DNA of 64,000 nt, taken from contig OZ250172.1 in NCBI GenBank assembly GCA_965237905.1, positions 672,001 through 736,000 on the forward strand, in the 5' to 3' direction. Within the stretch, counting starts at the first letter, position 1, and each line of letters begins with the position of its first letter. Source of the DNA: Nitrospinaceae bacterium (GTDB taxonomy: Bacteria > Nitrospinota > Nitrospinia > Nitrospinales > Nitrospinaceae). Shown here piece after piece: positions 1-9,177 of this stretch. Both the position numbers and the translations under genes were made by a program. The notes beneath the pieces are model-generated. The model worked only from the letters and a program-made list of their open reading frames with translations, had not been told where the DNA came from and did no database searches.

Positions 1-2113
1 GAGCGCCATTGGTAGACGGCACCGCCTCCCGGTTTTTGCCTTGCCTGCGAATAGCCGAGCGTTTGATTTCCTGATACCCGTTGACCTTTTCAGCGATCTC
101 CGCTGTTATCGCATGCACGTCCTTGGGCGCCGCTTCCTGCCCCAGTTCTTTGGCCATCATGGAAACGATTTTCCAGTCAGCGGGGTTCTCGGCCGTCAAT
201 CCTTTGGTGCGCAACTGCACCCGTCCGCCAATGTTGGTGGTGGTGCCTTCATCGAAACCGGGTCCATTGGAGGGCAGAACAATCTGCGCCAGTCTCGCGG
301 TTTCGGTTTCCATCATGTCGTGCACCACCAGCAGATCGAGTTTCTTGAGAGCCTCTCCCATTTCATGGCCGCTGGGGAAATCGACGACCGGGTTGGAGCG
401 GTATATCACCAGCGCTTTCAACTCTCCCGATTTGGCTTTTTCGATCATCTCCAAAGCCGACAATCCTTTTTCAAGCGGCGCAGTGTCACCCCATTTTGCC
501 TTGATGGCGTCACCGTCGGATAACGCGACTCCGCCGGGATAGCAATCCGGAAGGATACCTATGTCCATCGCGCCGACTGCGTTGGTGACCGGGGCCGCCG
601 GCATCGCACCGACAGTGGTCAGCCCACCCGCCGTGGCGAGGCATTGCTTTAAAGTATGAATGGAGGAACCGGTTAAGGCGGCGGGATTATAAATCACGCA
701 CACTTTGCCCGCGCTTTTGATTTTCTCCGCAACCGTTTTCAGTTGATCTGCAGAAACACCTGTCTTACTTTCAATATCCGATCCCGCCGATTGCCCCTGC
801 AGTGCCGCATTCAGTTCAGCCAGCACCGCGCCGTCCGACCCGATGTTGTAACGCATGGACAAGGTCGCGTATTTATCCATCAACGTCTGCTGATCGTTCA
901 GCACGATCATTTGGACTCCCTGCCGCGTCATCGCTTTTTTGAGACGCAAATCGAGGATCGGCAGTTCTTCCGTCGGGTCGCTGGCGATCAACACCACCAG
1001 ATCGGACGTTTCCACGTCCAGCAGATCAAAATGCGCCACCGGCAGGCCCGGCGTGTCGGCATAGGTTTTGTGATCGATATTGTTGGTGCCGAGATTCAGC
1101 CGGAACAGTTTCTGATAGGAGTACAAATCTTCATTCAACCCGTAACCGGAACCGATGAATCCGATGCTGTGGGGTCCGTGCGCTTCCACAATTTCTTTTA
1201 GAGACGCCGCCACTTCCGCACAGGCTTCCTGAATACTCACAGCCTGCCCCTGTTTCCGGGGTTGAGTGATCCGGTTTTTGCTTTTTGTGAAGTCGTATCC
1301 CCAACGGGCCTTGTCGCAAATCCAGCCGTCGTCCACCAGATCGTTAGGCCGGGTGGTGACGCGTCTCATTTCGTTGAGGCGCGTGCCGAGCGTCATATTG
1401 CAGTTACAGGCGCAATGGCCGCACAGGGTGTTGGCGTTGGTGAGGTCCCATGACCGCGCGGTGAAACGGAAATCCGTATTGGTGAGCGCACCGACAGGAC
1501 AAATGTCGATGACATTGCCGGAGAACCGGGTGTCGTACGGTTCATCGTTGAAGGTAGACACGCGGTTCTGGAATCCCCGGTTGAGCATGACCAGCGCCTG
1601 GTCTTTCTCGATGATGTCGCTGTAACGCGTGCACCGCTGGCAGGCGATGCACCGTTCGCGGTCGATGGTGATCACCGGGCTGAGCGGCGTGGCCTTGTCG
1701 CGCTGGAAGCGGTTGTACTCCATGCGCGTATCCGGCGGGCCGAACTTGAACGTGTGGTCCTGGAGCGGACACTCGCCGCCCTTGTCGCACACCGGGCAGT
1801 CGAGAGGATGGTTGAGCAGGGTGAACTCCAACATGCCCTGTTGCGCTTTTTCCACTTTTTCCGTGTTGGTTTTGACCACCATGCCCTCGCCGGCGGCGAG
1901 CGTGCAGGCGGTGGTCAGCTTCGGCATTTTTTCCACCTCCACCAGGCACATGCGGCAACAGCCGAAGGGGCCGAGCTTTTTGTGGTAGCAGAAGACGGGA
2001 ATTTCGATATCCACCGTTTCGGCGGCGTCCACCACGATGGTTCCTTTGGGAACGGTCACAGACTTGCCGTCGATGGTCAATGTGACGGTATCGGTTTGGG
2101 TTGCGGTATCCAT
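1..2113 (-). CDS. nuoG: NADH-quinone oxidoreductase subunit G (3' end truncated by window edge)
   Basis: Absent from the ORF track because it has no stop in the window. Manual translation from ATG at 2113 gives MDTATQTDTVTLTIDGKSVTVPKGT...IPVFCYHKKLGPFGCCRMCLVEVEKMPKLTTAC...HPLDCPVCDKGGECPLQD...RCIACQRCTRY...CGHCACNC, the NuoG Fe-S motifs. Follows nuoF. Confidence 0.95.
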   Translation of the reverse strand, partial: MDTATQTDTVTLTIDGKSVTVPKGTIVVDAAETVDIEIPVFCYHKKLGPFGCCRMCLVEVEKMPKLTTACTLAAGEGMVVKTNTEKVEKAQQGMLEFTLLNHPLDCPVCDKGGECPLQDHTFKFGPPDTRMEYNRFQRDKATPLSPVITIDRERCIACQRCTRYSDIIEKDQALVMLNRGFQNRVSTFNDEPYDTRFSGNVIDICPVGALTNTDFRFTARSWDLTNANTLCGHCACNCNMTLGTRLNEMRRVTTRPNDLVDDGWICDKARWGYDFTKSKNRITQPRKQGQAVSIQEACAEVAASLKEIVEAHGPHSIGFIGSGYGLNEDLYSYQKLFRLNLGTNNIDHKTYADTPGLPVAHFDLLDVETSDLVVLIASDPTEELPILDLRLKKAMTRQGVQMIVLNDQQTLMDKYATLSMRYNIGSDGAVLAELNAALQGQSAGSDIESKTGVSADQLKTVAEKIKSAGKVCVIYNPAALTGSSIHTLKQCLATAGGLTTVGAMPAAPVTNAVGAMDIGILPDCYPGGVALSDGDAIKAKWGDTAPLEKGLSALEMIEKAKSGELKALVIYRSNPVVDFPSGHEMGEALKKLDLLVVHDMMETETARLAQIVLPSNGPGFDEGTTTNIGGRVQLRTKGLTAENPADWKIVSMMAKELGQEAAPKDVHAITAEIAEKVNGYQEIKRSAIRRQGKNREAVPSTNGA

Positions 2114-2119
2114 CGATGT

Positions 2120-3385
2120 TTATCCTACAGGTTGCTCGGTTTTCAGGGTTCCCAGGAGTTCTTCGTAATCCTCACGGAATAACTGAATACTGCTGACCAC
2201 CGGCGCAACGGCGGCGTCGCCCAATGGACAAAAACATTTAAATTCCATGTTGTCGCAGATATCGATCAACAGGTCCAGCTGTTCGGGTTTCCCCACCTTG
2301 TTTTGAATTTCGGACAGAATCTGGTACATCCAGCGCGTGCCTTCCCGGCAGGGCGTGCATTTGCCGCAGGATTCGTGCATGTAAAAGCTGGTGATCCGCA
2401 GGGTTTCGGAGACCACGTTGGTGGTGTCATCCATCACGATGAGCGCGCCGGAGCCCAGCATCGAGCCGGCCGCCTGTAGGGATTCGTAATCGTAGGGCAC
2501 GTCCGCCTTGGACGCAGGCAACATGGGCACCGAGGACCCGCCGGGGATGAACGCTTTCAGCTTGTTGCCGTCGCGGATGCCGCCGGCGTATTTTTCGATC
2601 AGGTCGATGGTCGGCGTCCCCAGCGGAATTTCATAATTGCCCGGTTTGTTGACGTGACCCGACACGCTGACCAGTTTCGTGCCTTTACTCTTTTCGGTGC
2701 CGATGGCTGCGTAAGCCTCGGCTCCGTTCCTGACGATATAAGGAAGAGCGCACAGGGTTTCGACGTTGTTGACGATGGTCGGCTGGCCGTACAATCCTTT
2801 GACGGCCGGGAACGGCGGTTTCAGACGCGGTTCGCCCCGTTCCCCCTCCAACGACGACAACATAGCCGATTCCTCGCCGCAGATGTAGGCGCCCGCGCCC
2901 ATGTGTGTGTGGATATCGAAATTGAATCCGGTGCCCATAATGTTTTTGCCGAGGTAACCTTTGGCGTAAGCCTCTTCGACGGCCTTTTCCATGAGCGCCT
3001 CGTATTCCCAGAACTCGCCGCGCATATAGTTGTAACCGGTTTCAATCCGGCAGGCGTAAGAACACAGAATCATCCCTTCGATCAGGAGATGCGGATTCTT
3101 CATCAACAGTTCGCGGTCTTTGCAGGTACCGGGTTCCGATTCGTCTGCATTGCAGGCGAGGTAGCGTGGAAACACATCCTTGGCGAGGAAGCTCCATTTG
3201 AGTCCCGTAGGGAACCCCGCTCCGCCGCGTCCGCGCAGGCCAGAGGCTTTGACCATTTCCACAACCTCGTCCGGCTCCATCGCGAACGCTTTCTTGAGAG
3301 CCTGGTAGCCATCGAGTGTTTTTTCATACACGTCGATGGACGTCAGGTTCGGAGTATTGATGGCTTTGAACAGAATTTCAGTCAT
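2120..3385 (-). CDS. nuoF: NADH-quinone oxidoreductase subunit F
   Basis: GLRGRGGAGFPTG, NADESEPGT, GAGAYICGEE and HESCGKCTPCREG motifs. Confidence 0.98.
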   Translation of the reverse strand: MTEILFKAINTPNLTSIDVYEKTLDGYQALKKAFAMEPDEVVEMVKASGLRGRGGAGFPTGLKWSFLAKDVFPRYLACNADESEPGTCKDRELLMKNPHLLIEGMILCSYACRIETGYNYMRGEFWEYEALMEKAVEEAYAKGYLGKNIMGTGFNFDIHTHMGAGAYICGEESAMLSSLEGERGEPRLKPPFPAVKGLYGQPTIVNNVETLCALPYIVRNGAEAYAAIGTEKSKGTKLVSVSGHVNKPGNYEIPLGTPTIDLIEKYAGGIRDGNKLKAFIPGGSSVPMLPASKADVPYDYESLQAAGSMLGSGALIVMDDTTNVVSETLRITSFYMHESCGKCTPCREGTRWMYQILSEIQNKVGKPEQLDLLIDICDNMEFKCFCPLGDAAVAPVVSSIQLFREDYEELLGTLKTEQPVG

Positions 3386-3391
3386 AAGTTT

Positions 3392-3868
3392 TTATGGACA
3401 GGACTCCAGAACCTGATCTATCTTTTCCGGAGTCATGTTGACATGATATTTGTTGTTGATCTGCATCACCGGGGCCTCGCAACAGGCGGCCAGGCATTCT
3501 TCCTTCAGCAGGGTGAATTTTTTATCCGAGGTGGTCTCGCCTTCCTTGACCCCCAGTTTTTTCTCGGTGTATTCCATCAGGTTGTCGCACCCGTTGAGAT
3601 GACAACTGATATTAATGCAAAACTTGACGACGTACTTGCCCACCGGTTTGGTGTAGTACATCGAATAGAAGGTACAGACCGATTCGACGTAGGCCGGAGA
3701 CACATCCAGACGCTTGCCGATTTCAACCATCGCTTCCGCGGTGACGTACCCCTCCTGAGCCTGTGCCAGCGTCAGCAACGGCAGAAGCGCAGAGACTTTT
3801 CGTCCCTCGGGATATTTGGCCAGAATTTTTTCGATCCGGCTTTCGGAGGCTTCGGTATAAGCAAACAT
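3392..3868 (-). CDS. nuoE: NADH-quinone oxidoreductase subunit E
   Basis: Start trimmed to MFAYTE, overlapping the nuoD stop. TFYSMY, CINISC and ECLAACCEAP 2Fe-2S motifs. Confidence 0.96.
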   Translation of the reverse strand: MFAYTEASESRIEKILAKYPEGRKVSALLPLLTLAQAQEGYVTAEAMVEIGKRLDVSPAYVESVCTFYSMYYTKPVGKYVVKFCINISCHLNGCDNLMEYTEKKLGVKEGETTSDKKFTLLKEECLAACCEAPVMQINNKYHVNMTPEKIDQVLESCP

Positions 3869-5070
3869 CAGCGGTCCACCTCCCCCATCACAATATCGAT
3901 GCTGCCGATGATGGCAACGACATCGGCGATAAACGCGCCATCCATCATTTTGCACATGCCGGGAATACCCATGAACGACGGCGCACGCAGTTTCATCCGG
4001 TAGGGCGTGTTGGACCCGTCGGAGACGATATAGAACCCAACCTCCCCGCGCGCACCCTCTGTGGGCACATAGGCCGAACCCCTGGGCACCTTGACACCAT
4101 CGGACACCAACTTGAAGTGGTGAATCAGCGATTCCATACTCGTGTGAAGCGTTTCGCGCGGCGGCAATGAAACCTTGTTGTCTTCAACTTTATAAGGTCC
4201 GTCCGGCAGGTTGTCGAGCGCCTGTTTGATGATTTCGCGGCTTTGCCGCATCTCTTCCACCCGCACCAGATAACGGTCGTAGATATCGCCATGATCCTGG
4301 GTGGGAACGTCAAATTTGAATTCGTCGTAACGCGAGTATGGCCGTTTTTTGCGCCAGTCCCAATCGAGTCCGGCGGCGCGCAGAACCGGACCGCTCATGC
4401 TCCAGTTCATCGCTTCCTCCTTGGTCATCGTGCCGATGCCGCGGGTGCGGTCGAGCCAGATCGGGTTGTTGGTGAGCAGGCTTTCGTATTCATCAATTTT
4501 GGCAGGAACATGATCGACGAACTTCCGGACTCCGTCCAGCCATTGCGGCGTCGCGTCCTGGGCCACCCCGCCGATACGGATGTAACTGGTCATCATCCGC
4601 ACACCGGAGATCATTTCGTTTAAATCCAGAATCATCTCGCGTTCGCGCCAGGCGTAGAGAAACACGGTCATCGCTCCGATGTCCAGCGCGTGCGTCCCCA
4701 GCCAGACCAGATGACTGCCGATGCGCCCCAGTTCGCACATGATGACGCGCAGGTAATCGGCGCGCGCAGGTAACTCCTGGAGACCCAGTAATCTCTCGAC
4801 GGTCAGGCAGAAGGCAAGGTTGTTTTGGGGCGGACTCAGATAATCGAGCCGGTCGGTCATGGGAATGCAATGCACGTACCGCTTGTTCTCGGCAGTCTTT
4901 TCGATGCCGGTGTGAAGAAACCCGATGTCCGGTTCAGCGGTCCTCACGATTTCGCCGTCCATCTCCAGGATCACGCGGAACACACCGTGTGTGCTGGGAT
5001 GTTGCGGACCCATGTTGAGGGTCATCGTGTCTTTATCGCGCTCGAGTAAGCCCTGTTCGGTTACGCCCAT
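3868..5070 (-). CDS. nuoD: NADH-quinone oxidoreductase subunit D
   Basis: NMGPQHPSTHGV, GFLHTGIEK, DRLDY and C-terminal GEVDR. Confidence 0.98.
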   Translation of the reverse strand: MGVTEQGLLERDKDTMTLNMGPQHPSTHGVFRVILEMDGEIVRTAEPDIGFLHTGIEKTAENKRYVHCIPMTDRLDYLSPPQNNLAFCLTVERLLGLQELPARADYLRVIMCELGRIGSHLVWLGTHALDIGAMTVFLYAWREREMILDLNEMISGVRMMTSYIRIGGVAQDATPQWLDGVRKFVDHVPAKIDEYESLLTNNPIWLDRTRGIGTMTKEEAMNWSMSGPVLRAAGLDWDWRKKRPYSRYDEFKFDVPTQDHGDIYDRYLVRVEEMRQSREIIKQALDNLPDGPYKVEDNKVSLPPRETLHTSMESLIHHFKLVSDGVKVPRGSAYVPTEGARGEVGFYIVSDGSNTPYRMKLRAPSFMGIPGMCKMMDGAFIADVVAIIGSIDIVMGEVDR

Positions 5071-5603
5071 GGATCGGCTTTCACGTCTTCTTGAGTTTTA
5101 ATGAGTTCGCTTTTGTGGTCGGGGTTGTAGGAAAAAGCAACTTCTTCCACCGTCAACGGATAATCCTTGAGCAGAGGATGCCCTTCCCAACCTTCCGGCA
5201 TGATCAACCGTTTTAAATTGGGATGGCCCGTGACGGTGAACCCGAACATGTCGTATAACTCCCGCTCGGGAAAATCGGCGCCCCGCCACAGATGAAATAC
5301 CGAAGGAATCGTCGGCTCGTCCTCCGGCAAACTCACATAAACGCGGATGTGACGATCCTTTGACAGGGAGAACAGTTCATACACCACATCGAACCGGGGT
5401 TCGCGGTCCTGTTCCAGGTAATCGACGCCGGTGATCTGCGACAGATAATCGAAATCCTTGTTTTGTTTCAGATCCTCCATCACCGCCAGCAACTGTTCCA
5501 CCGCCACATGAATGATACATTCTCCGTGGGGTGTCACTTCTGAGTGGGTGATCGCGGAACCAAAGGTCGCTTCGAGTTGTTCTTTAATCTCTTCGCTGGT
5601 CAT
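5061..5603 (-). CDS. nuoC: NADH-quinone oxidoreductase subunit C
   Basis: Start trimmed to MTSEEIK (ATGA overlap with nuoB). ERELYDMFG and [11 protein letters not shown] motifs. Confidence 0.96.
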   Translation of the reverse strand: MTSEEIKEQLEATFGSAITHSEVTPHGECIIHVAVEQLLAVMEDLKQNKDFDYLSQITGVDYLEQDREPRFDVVYELFSLSKDRHIRVYVSLPEDEPTIPSVFHLWRGADFPERELYDMFGFTVTGHPNLKRLIMPEGWEGHPLLKDYPLTVEEVAFSYNPDHKSELIKTQEDVKADPWA

Positions 5604-6184
5604 GCCACCCTTTGCCTGGCTTTTTCGCTCCCGGCTTCTTTGAGAATTTTTTCCTGAAGCTTGATCACCCCATACAGGAGAGCTTCCGGACCCGGAGGGC
5701 AACCGGGAACGTAAACGTCGACGGGCACCACGCGGTCGACCCCTTGCACGATGGCGTAGTTGTTGAAAATACCACCACACGAAGAACAGGCGCCCATGGC
5801 AATGACCCATTTCGGCTCGGGCATCTGGTTGTAGATGCGTTTCAACACGGGTGCCATTTTCTGCGAGACCCGGCCGGAGACGATCATCAGATCCGCCTGA
5901 CGCGGGGAAGCGCGGAATACTTCGGCGCCGAACCGTGCCGCATCCCAACGGGAGTTGGCCATCGCCATCATTTCAATGGCGCAACAGGCCAGGCCGAACG
6001 TGGCTGGCCAGAGCGCGTTCTTCTGCGCCCATCCAACCACCTTGCCCAGCTTGGTGGTCAGTATGCTGTCGTACACCGCGCCGGAAAACTCCGCACCCAA
6101 TTGGTCCAGCGCCTCTTTGGCGTTCAATTTCAGATTATTGATTTCGGTCTCTATGTTATCGACCGCTTCATCTATCAATCCCAT
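5600..6184 (-). CDS. nuoB: NADH-quinone oxidoreductase subunit B
   Basis: [18 protein letters not shown] and [10 protein letters not shown]. Start at MGLIDE. Confidence 0.97.
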   Translation of the reverse strand: MGLIDEAVDNIETEINNLKLNAKEALDQLGAEFSGAVYDSILTTKLGKVVGWAQKNALWPATFGLACCAIEMMAMANSRWDAARFGAEVFRASPRQADLMIVSGRVSQKMAPVLKRIYNQMPEPKWVIAMGACSSCGGIFNNYAIVQGVDRVVPVDVYVPGCPPGPEALLYGVIKLQEKILKEAGSEKARQRVA

Positions 6185-6528
6185 TCCAAACCTCCCCGTC
6201 CCCAAATGAAGACGTACGCGACGGCCAAAATGGCCACGAAAACTATCATTTCGATCAATCCGAATACCTTGAGCTCATCCAGCGCCACCGCCCACGGGTA
6301 CATGAACACCACCTCGATATCAAAAATGATAAACAGCATGGCGATGGTGGCGAACCGCACCGGGAACCGCCCCTTGGCTTCCTCCGAGGGCAGCATGCCG
6401 CACTCGTAAGGCAGATTCTTTTCAACCGTGGAGTTCCTCGGTCCGAGGATAGACGAGAGCACAAGCACACCGCCCACTACGGCCAGCGCGACAATCGCAA
6501 AAATGATGACGAATAGATATTCACTCAC
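6175..6528 (-). CDS. nuoA: NADH-quinone oxidoreductase subunit A
   Basis: PYECG and [14 protein letters not shown], three TM segments, first gene of the operon (GTG start). Confidence 0.97.
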   Translation of the reverse strand: MSEYLFVIIFAIVALAVVGGVLVLSSILGPRNSTVEKNLPYECGMLPSEEAKGRFPVRFATIAMLFIIFDIEVVFMYPWAVALDELKVFGLIEMIVFVAILAVAYVFIWGRGGLEWD

Positions 6529-6933
6529 AGAACTGTGTCCGTAATGGATAGGTTTCCTAATTGGAAATCCGGGGAATTGCTTTTAGAACAAGAGTTTCAG
6601 CCCGATACACCAGGGTGGCCGAACCGCCCGGTTTTACTCAATCTGGTATTGTATCACTCCTACTTTTCCCACGCGGAAAAGTATTGGAGTTGGCGATTAT
6701 ATTCGGCCCTTAGGGACCTGTCAATTATTGATTTATCCAGCATTTCGGGCAATTTTCGCCGAACCTCGGAATACAGAAATACCGGTTTCTAAAGGCTTTA
6801 CGGGCGATCTGGCTTCTGTATTTTTGGGAGATTGGACGGCGAATCTAAAGGCAGGGGATTTCTCCGGAATAAGCCAGGTGTTCGCTTTCCGCAAAGGAAA
6901 AGACAGGCCCCACGGGAAAGAAAGGGTTAGGCC

Positions 6934-6959
6934 TTACTCCGGCACTTCGAGGTGGAGGC
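6934..6959 (-). repeat. Displaced copy of the 3' end of the 7642-8976 gene (direct repeat with 7642-7667)
   Basis: ttactccggcacttcgaggtggaggc vs tcactccggcaattcgaggtggaggc, 24/26 identical. On the minus strand the copies read LHLEVPE-TAA and LHLELPE-TGA. Confidence 0.85.
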
Positions 6960-7032
6960 AATCTTCAAAAAAATAAATACCGCCCGACGAACAGGGGAAG
7001 TAATTAAAGCGTTCCAGATGCCCCAAATCGTA

Positions 7033-7063
7033 TTGACAAATATTGGCAAAGTATGCCAATATT
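7033..7063 (+). promoter_or_regulatory. TA promoter with palindromic operator
   Basis: TTGACA at 7033-7038, immediately followed by the perfect 10-bp inverted repeat AATATTGGCA-aagta-TGCCAATATT (7039-7063). GGAGG SD precedes ATG 7085. Confidence 0.75.
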
Positions 7064-7084
7064 GATTTTCAATGGAGGTGAACA

Positions 7085-7318
7085 ATGAAAACCCTTAATG
7101 TTTCCTTGACCGGCCCCCTGCGGGAATGGATCGACGCCCAGGTGGATTCCGGCGAATATGCCAACGCCAGCGATTATATCCGGGATTTGATCCGACACGA
7201 TCAAACTCAGCGTGACGCCTTACGGCTCGCTCTCATTGAGGGAGAGCAAAGCGGGGTCAACAAGCGCAAAGTGGGTAAGATCATTCAATCCACCAAAGCA
7301 CGCCTGAAGAATGGCTGA
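7085..7318 (+). CDS. Type II antitoxin, ParD family (ribbon-helix-helix)
   Basis: LNVSLT...VDSGEYANASDYIRDLIR...LRLALIEGEQSG is the ParD/CC2985-like pattern. Overlaps the downstream toxin gene. Confidence 0.92.
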   Translation: MKTLNVSLTGPLREWIDAQVDSGEYANASDYIRDLIRHDQTQRDALRLALIEGEQSGVNKRKVGKIIQSTKARLKNG

Positions 7319-7601
7319 CTACGCCTTATCCAATCAGGCGGACCAAGATCTTACCGAAATTTACATATTTTCTTACCAGAAATTCGGCCCAGCCAAAGCG
7401 GACTCCTATTTATTGGCCCTCGAGGAAACTTTTTACTCTTTAGCTGAGAATCCTCATCTTGGAAAACAGATCGATTCCATTCGCAAGGGGTATTTCCGGT
7501 ACGAACATGTCAGCCACTCCATATTCTACAAAAGGAGGGGAAAGGATATTTTGATTGTCCGGGTCCTGCATCAGAAAATGGATACCAAACGGCATATCTA
7601 G
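7311..7601 (+). CDS. Type II toxin, RelE/ParE family
   Basis: YALSNQADQDLTEIY...FG...AD.Y...LAENPHLG...SHSIFY...ILIVRVLHQKMD. Confidence 0.93.
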   Translation: MADYALSNQADQDLTEIYIFSYQKFGPAKADSYLLALEETFYSLAENPHLGKQIDSIRKGYFRYEHVSHSIFYKRRGKDILIVRVLHQKMDTKRHI

Positions 7602-7641
7602 TAGCCTTGAATGCAGACAAATTACGAGGCTGACTTGGGAA

Positions 7642-8976
7642 TCACTCCGGCAATTCGAGGTGGAGGCGGTAGATCAGGCCGGAGGGGTTTTCTTCCGGCG
7701 CGGTGACGTCGGGCTTGGCGTAGTTGATGACTTCGAACGTCAGGGTGTTGGTGCCCTCCTTCAGGTACTGATCGAAATCGATGATGAAGGGGTCGGGGAA
7801 ATCCGCGCCGCCGTATTCCTGCTTCAGGGACACGTCGTTGACGGTGATGTGGCAGGTGTCGTCACTGCGCACGAACAGCTCCGCCCGCTTCACCGATTGG
7901 ACCTTGCCGTCGGGAACGCCGAACTGCAAACGAAATTGATTCTTGCTTCCCGTTTTGGCTTCTTCGAGGGTGATCTGTTCGCGAATCCATACCCATTGAC
8001 TGCCCTTGATGCCCCGCCACTGGTTGAGAGGATCGCAGATCACCGCCGGCTTCCAGCTCTTCGTTGCGGCATCGTAATACTCCGTCTCTTCTCCGCTGAC
8101 AAAGACCTGGGTGCGGGTTTCCTCTTCGGACGGCTTGTGCGGTTCCGGCGATTGGGGCTTGCTCTCTTCCCAGAACGTCCGGTTCAGCTCCGTATAATAA
8201 TCGTAAAGGCCGTTTTTCTTTTTGACCAGTACCATGCTGGGACGCGGATGGTTGCGGCCCAGGTATGGACCGATATCGGCGATCATAAACCCGTTCGAAC
8301 TGCCTTCATCCACGGAAATAAAGGAATGCGAGGGTATCGTCTTGTAGGTATTCACCTGCAGTTTTCCTTTGGCGGACGGATTGGCCTCCTCAATCTCTTC
8401 CTGCAGTTTTTGCAGAAGGAGCAAAGAGGTTTTGATCTCATTCTTGAACGTGGCCTTGCCGCCGATTTGCCTGGTGATAATCTCGACGATTTCCGAATCG
8501 GGGTCGATGACCAGCAGTTTGACGGTAATACCGTTCAAGGCTTTTTCCCTCAGCAGTTCACGGCTTCCGGTGGAAATGGACAACAGGGATGTGCCGCCGA
8601 TAAAAATCTCGCGCTTGACGTCCTTGAACAAATTCTGAAAGGTGAACGCCTGGCCCAACTCCGAGCGGTTTTTGTAAATCCCCTGAATGCCCAACCGCAC
8701 GGCATCGGGGTTGACGATATCCTGCAGGGCTTCCTTGTATTCATTGAACGTGAGTTCCCGCAGAAACAATTCGTAACCCAGGGACACGACACCGATCATT
8801 GAGATCAGCAGGGAGAATTCCTTGACCGGATCCAGCCAGATGCTCTCGTGCGGGATTATTTTACCCGCCCCCATGTACAACGCGGCCCCGGTTACAAAGA
8901 TCATCACCGCCAGGAACATGACCCGATCGCGTATCCAGGACCGGACTCGAATGCTTTTTTTATTGTGTTTTTCCAT
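7642..8976 (-). CDS. Membrane protein: 2 N-terminal TM, PLD-like (DUF5919/TrmB-like) domain and C-terminal jelly-roll/lectin-like domain
   Basis: Two hydrophobic segments. REIFIGGTSL...LREKALNGITVKLLVIDPDS resembles the PLD fold. SQWVW...DDTCHITVND...LKEGTNTLTFEVIN...NPSGLIYRL resembles a galactose-binding jelly roll. Domain calls are by eye. Confidence 0.7.
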   Translation of the reverse strand: MEKHNKKSIRVRSWIRDRVMFLAVMIFVTGAALYMGAGKIIPHESIWLDPVKEFSLLISMIGVVSLGYELFLRELTFNEYKEALQDIVNPDAVRLGIQGIYKNRSELGQAFTFQNLFKDVKREIFIGGTSLLSISTGSRELLREKALNGITVKLLVIDPDSEIVEIITRQIGGKATFKNEIKTSLLLLQKLQEEIEEANPSAKGKLQVNTYKTIPSHSFISVDEGSSNGFMIADIGPYLGRNHPRPSMVLVKKKNGLYDYYTELNRTFWEESKPQSPEPHKPSEEETRTQVFVSGEETEYYDAATKSWKPAVICDPLNQWRGIKGSQWVWIREQITLEEAKTGSKNQFRLQFGVPDGKVQSVKRAELFVRSDDTCHITVNDVSLKQEYGGADFPDPFIIDFDQYLKEGTNTLTFEVINYAKPDVTAPEENPSGLIYRLHLELPE

Positions 8977-9072
8977 CGTCTCTCAAAACAACAAGGGGTT
9001 CACATCTCAAGGAAGGCATCAAATAACTCTACTGATTTGATATTACAGGAAATACAGGAGTTTCACAAGGCA

Positions 9073-9154
9073 GGCCGGGCAACGCCCGGAGGAAACTTAA
9101 AAACCTGGCAGGCGAAGGGAACGTTTCTATCGCGCCATAACGCCTCAGCGAAAT
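9073..9154. repeat. Dispersed intergenic hairpin element, copy A (copy B at 58426-58506)
   Basis: Identical 20-mer ggccgggcaacgcccggagg, followed by colinear tggc.ggcg..ggaa..ttt...gcgcc...gc.aaat. Confidence 0.75.
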
Positions 9155-9177
9155 TGGCCCTGCGCCGAGCAGGCCGG

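Noticed and set aside
3869..3955. Extended N-termini in the ORF track for nuoE (also nuoC, nuoB, pheT, gatA, HU and the AsmA-like gene)
   Set aside because: They overlap upstream genes or lack homology-like sequence. Internal ATGs with SD or stop-start coupling fit better.
2654..4003. 449-aa plus-strand ORF, and similar long ORFs at 7555-8802, 8848-9981, 19734-21014, 33996-34949 and 39450-40424
   Set aside because: Antisense shadows of well-supported genes, expected from codon bias in GC-rich genes, with no recognisable motifs.
6790..6932. GCCTAAC on the minus strand just after the displaced stop codon, resembling an integron attC R'' box
   Set aside because: No matching GTTRRRY at a suitable distance, no attC-like hairpin and no integron integrase or cassette array.
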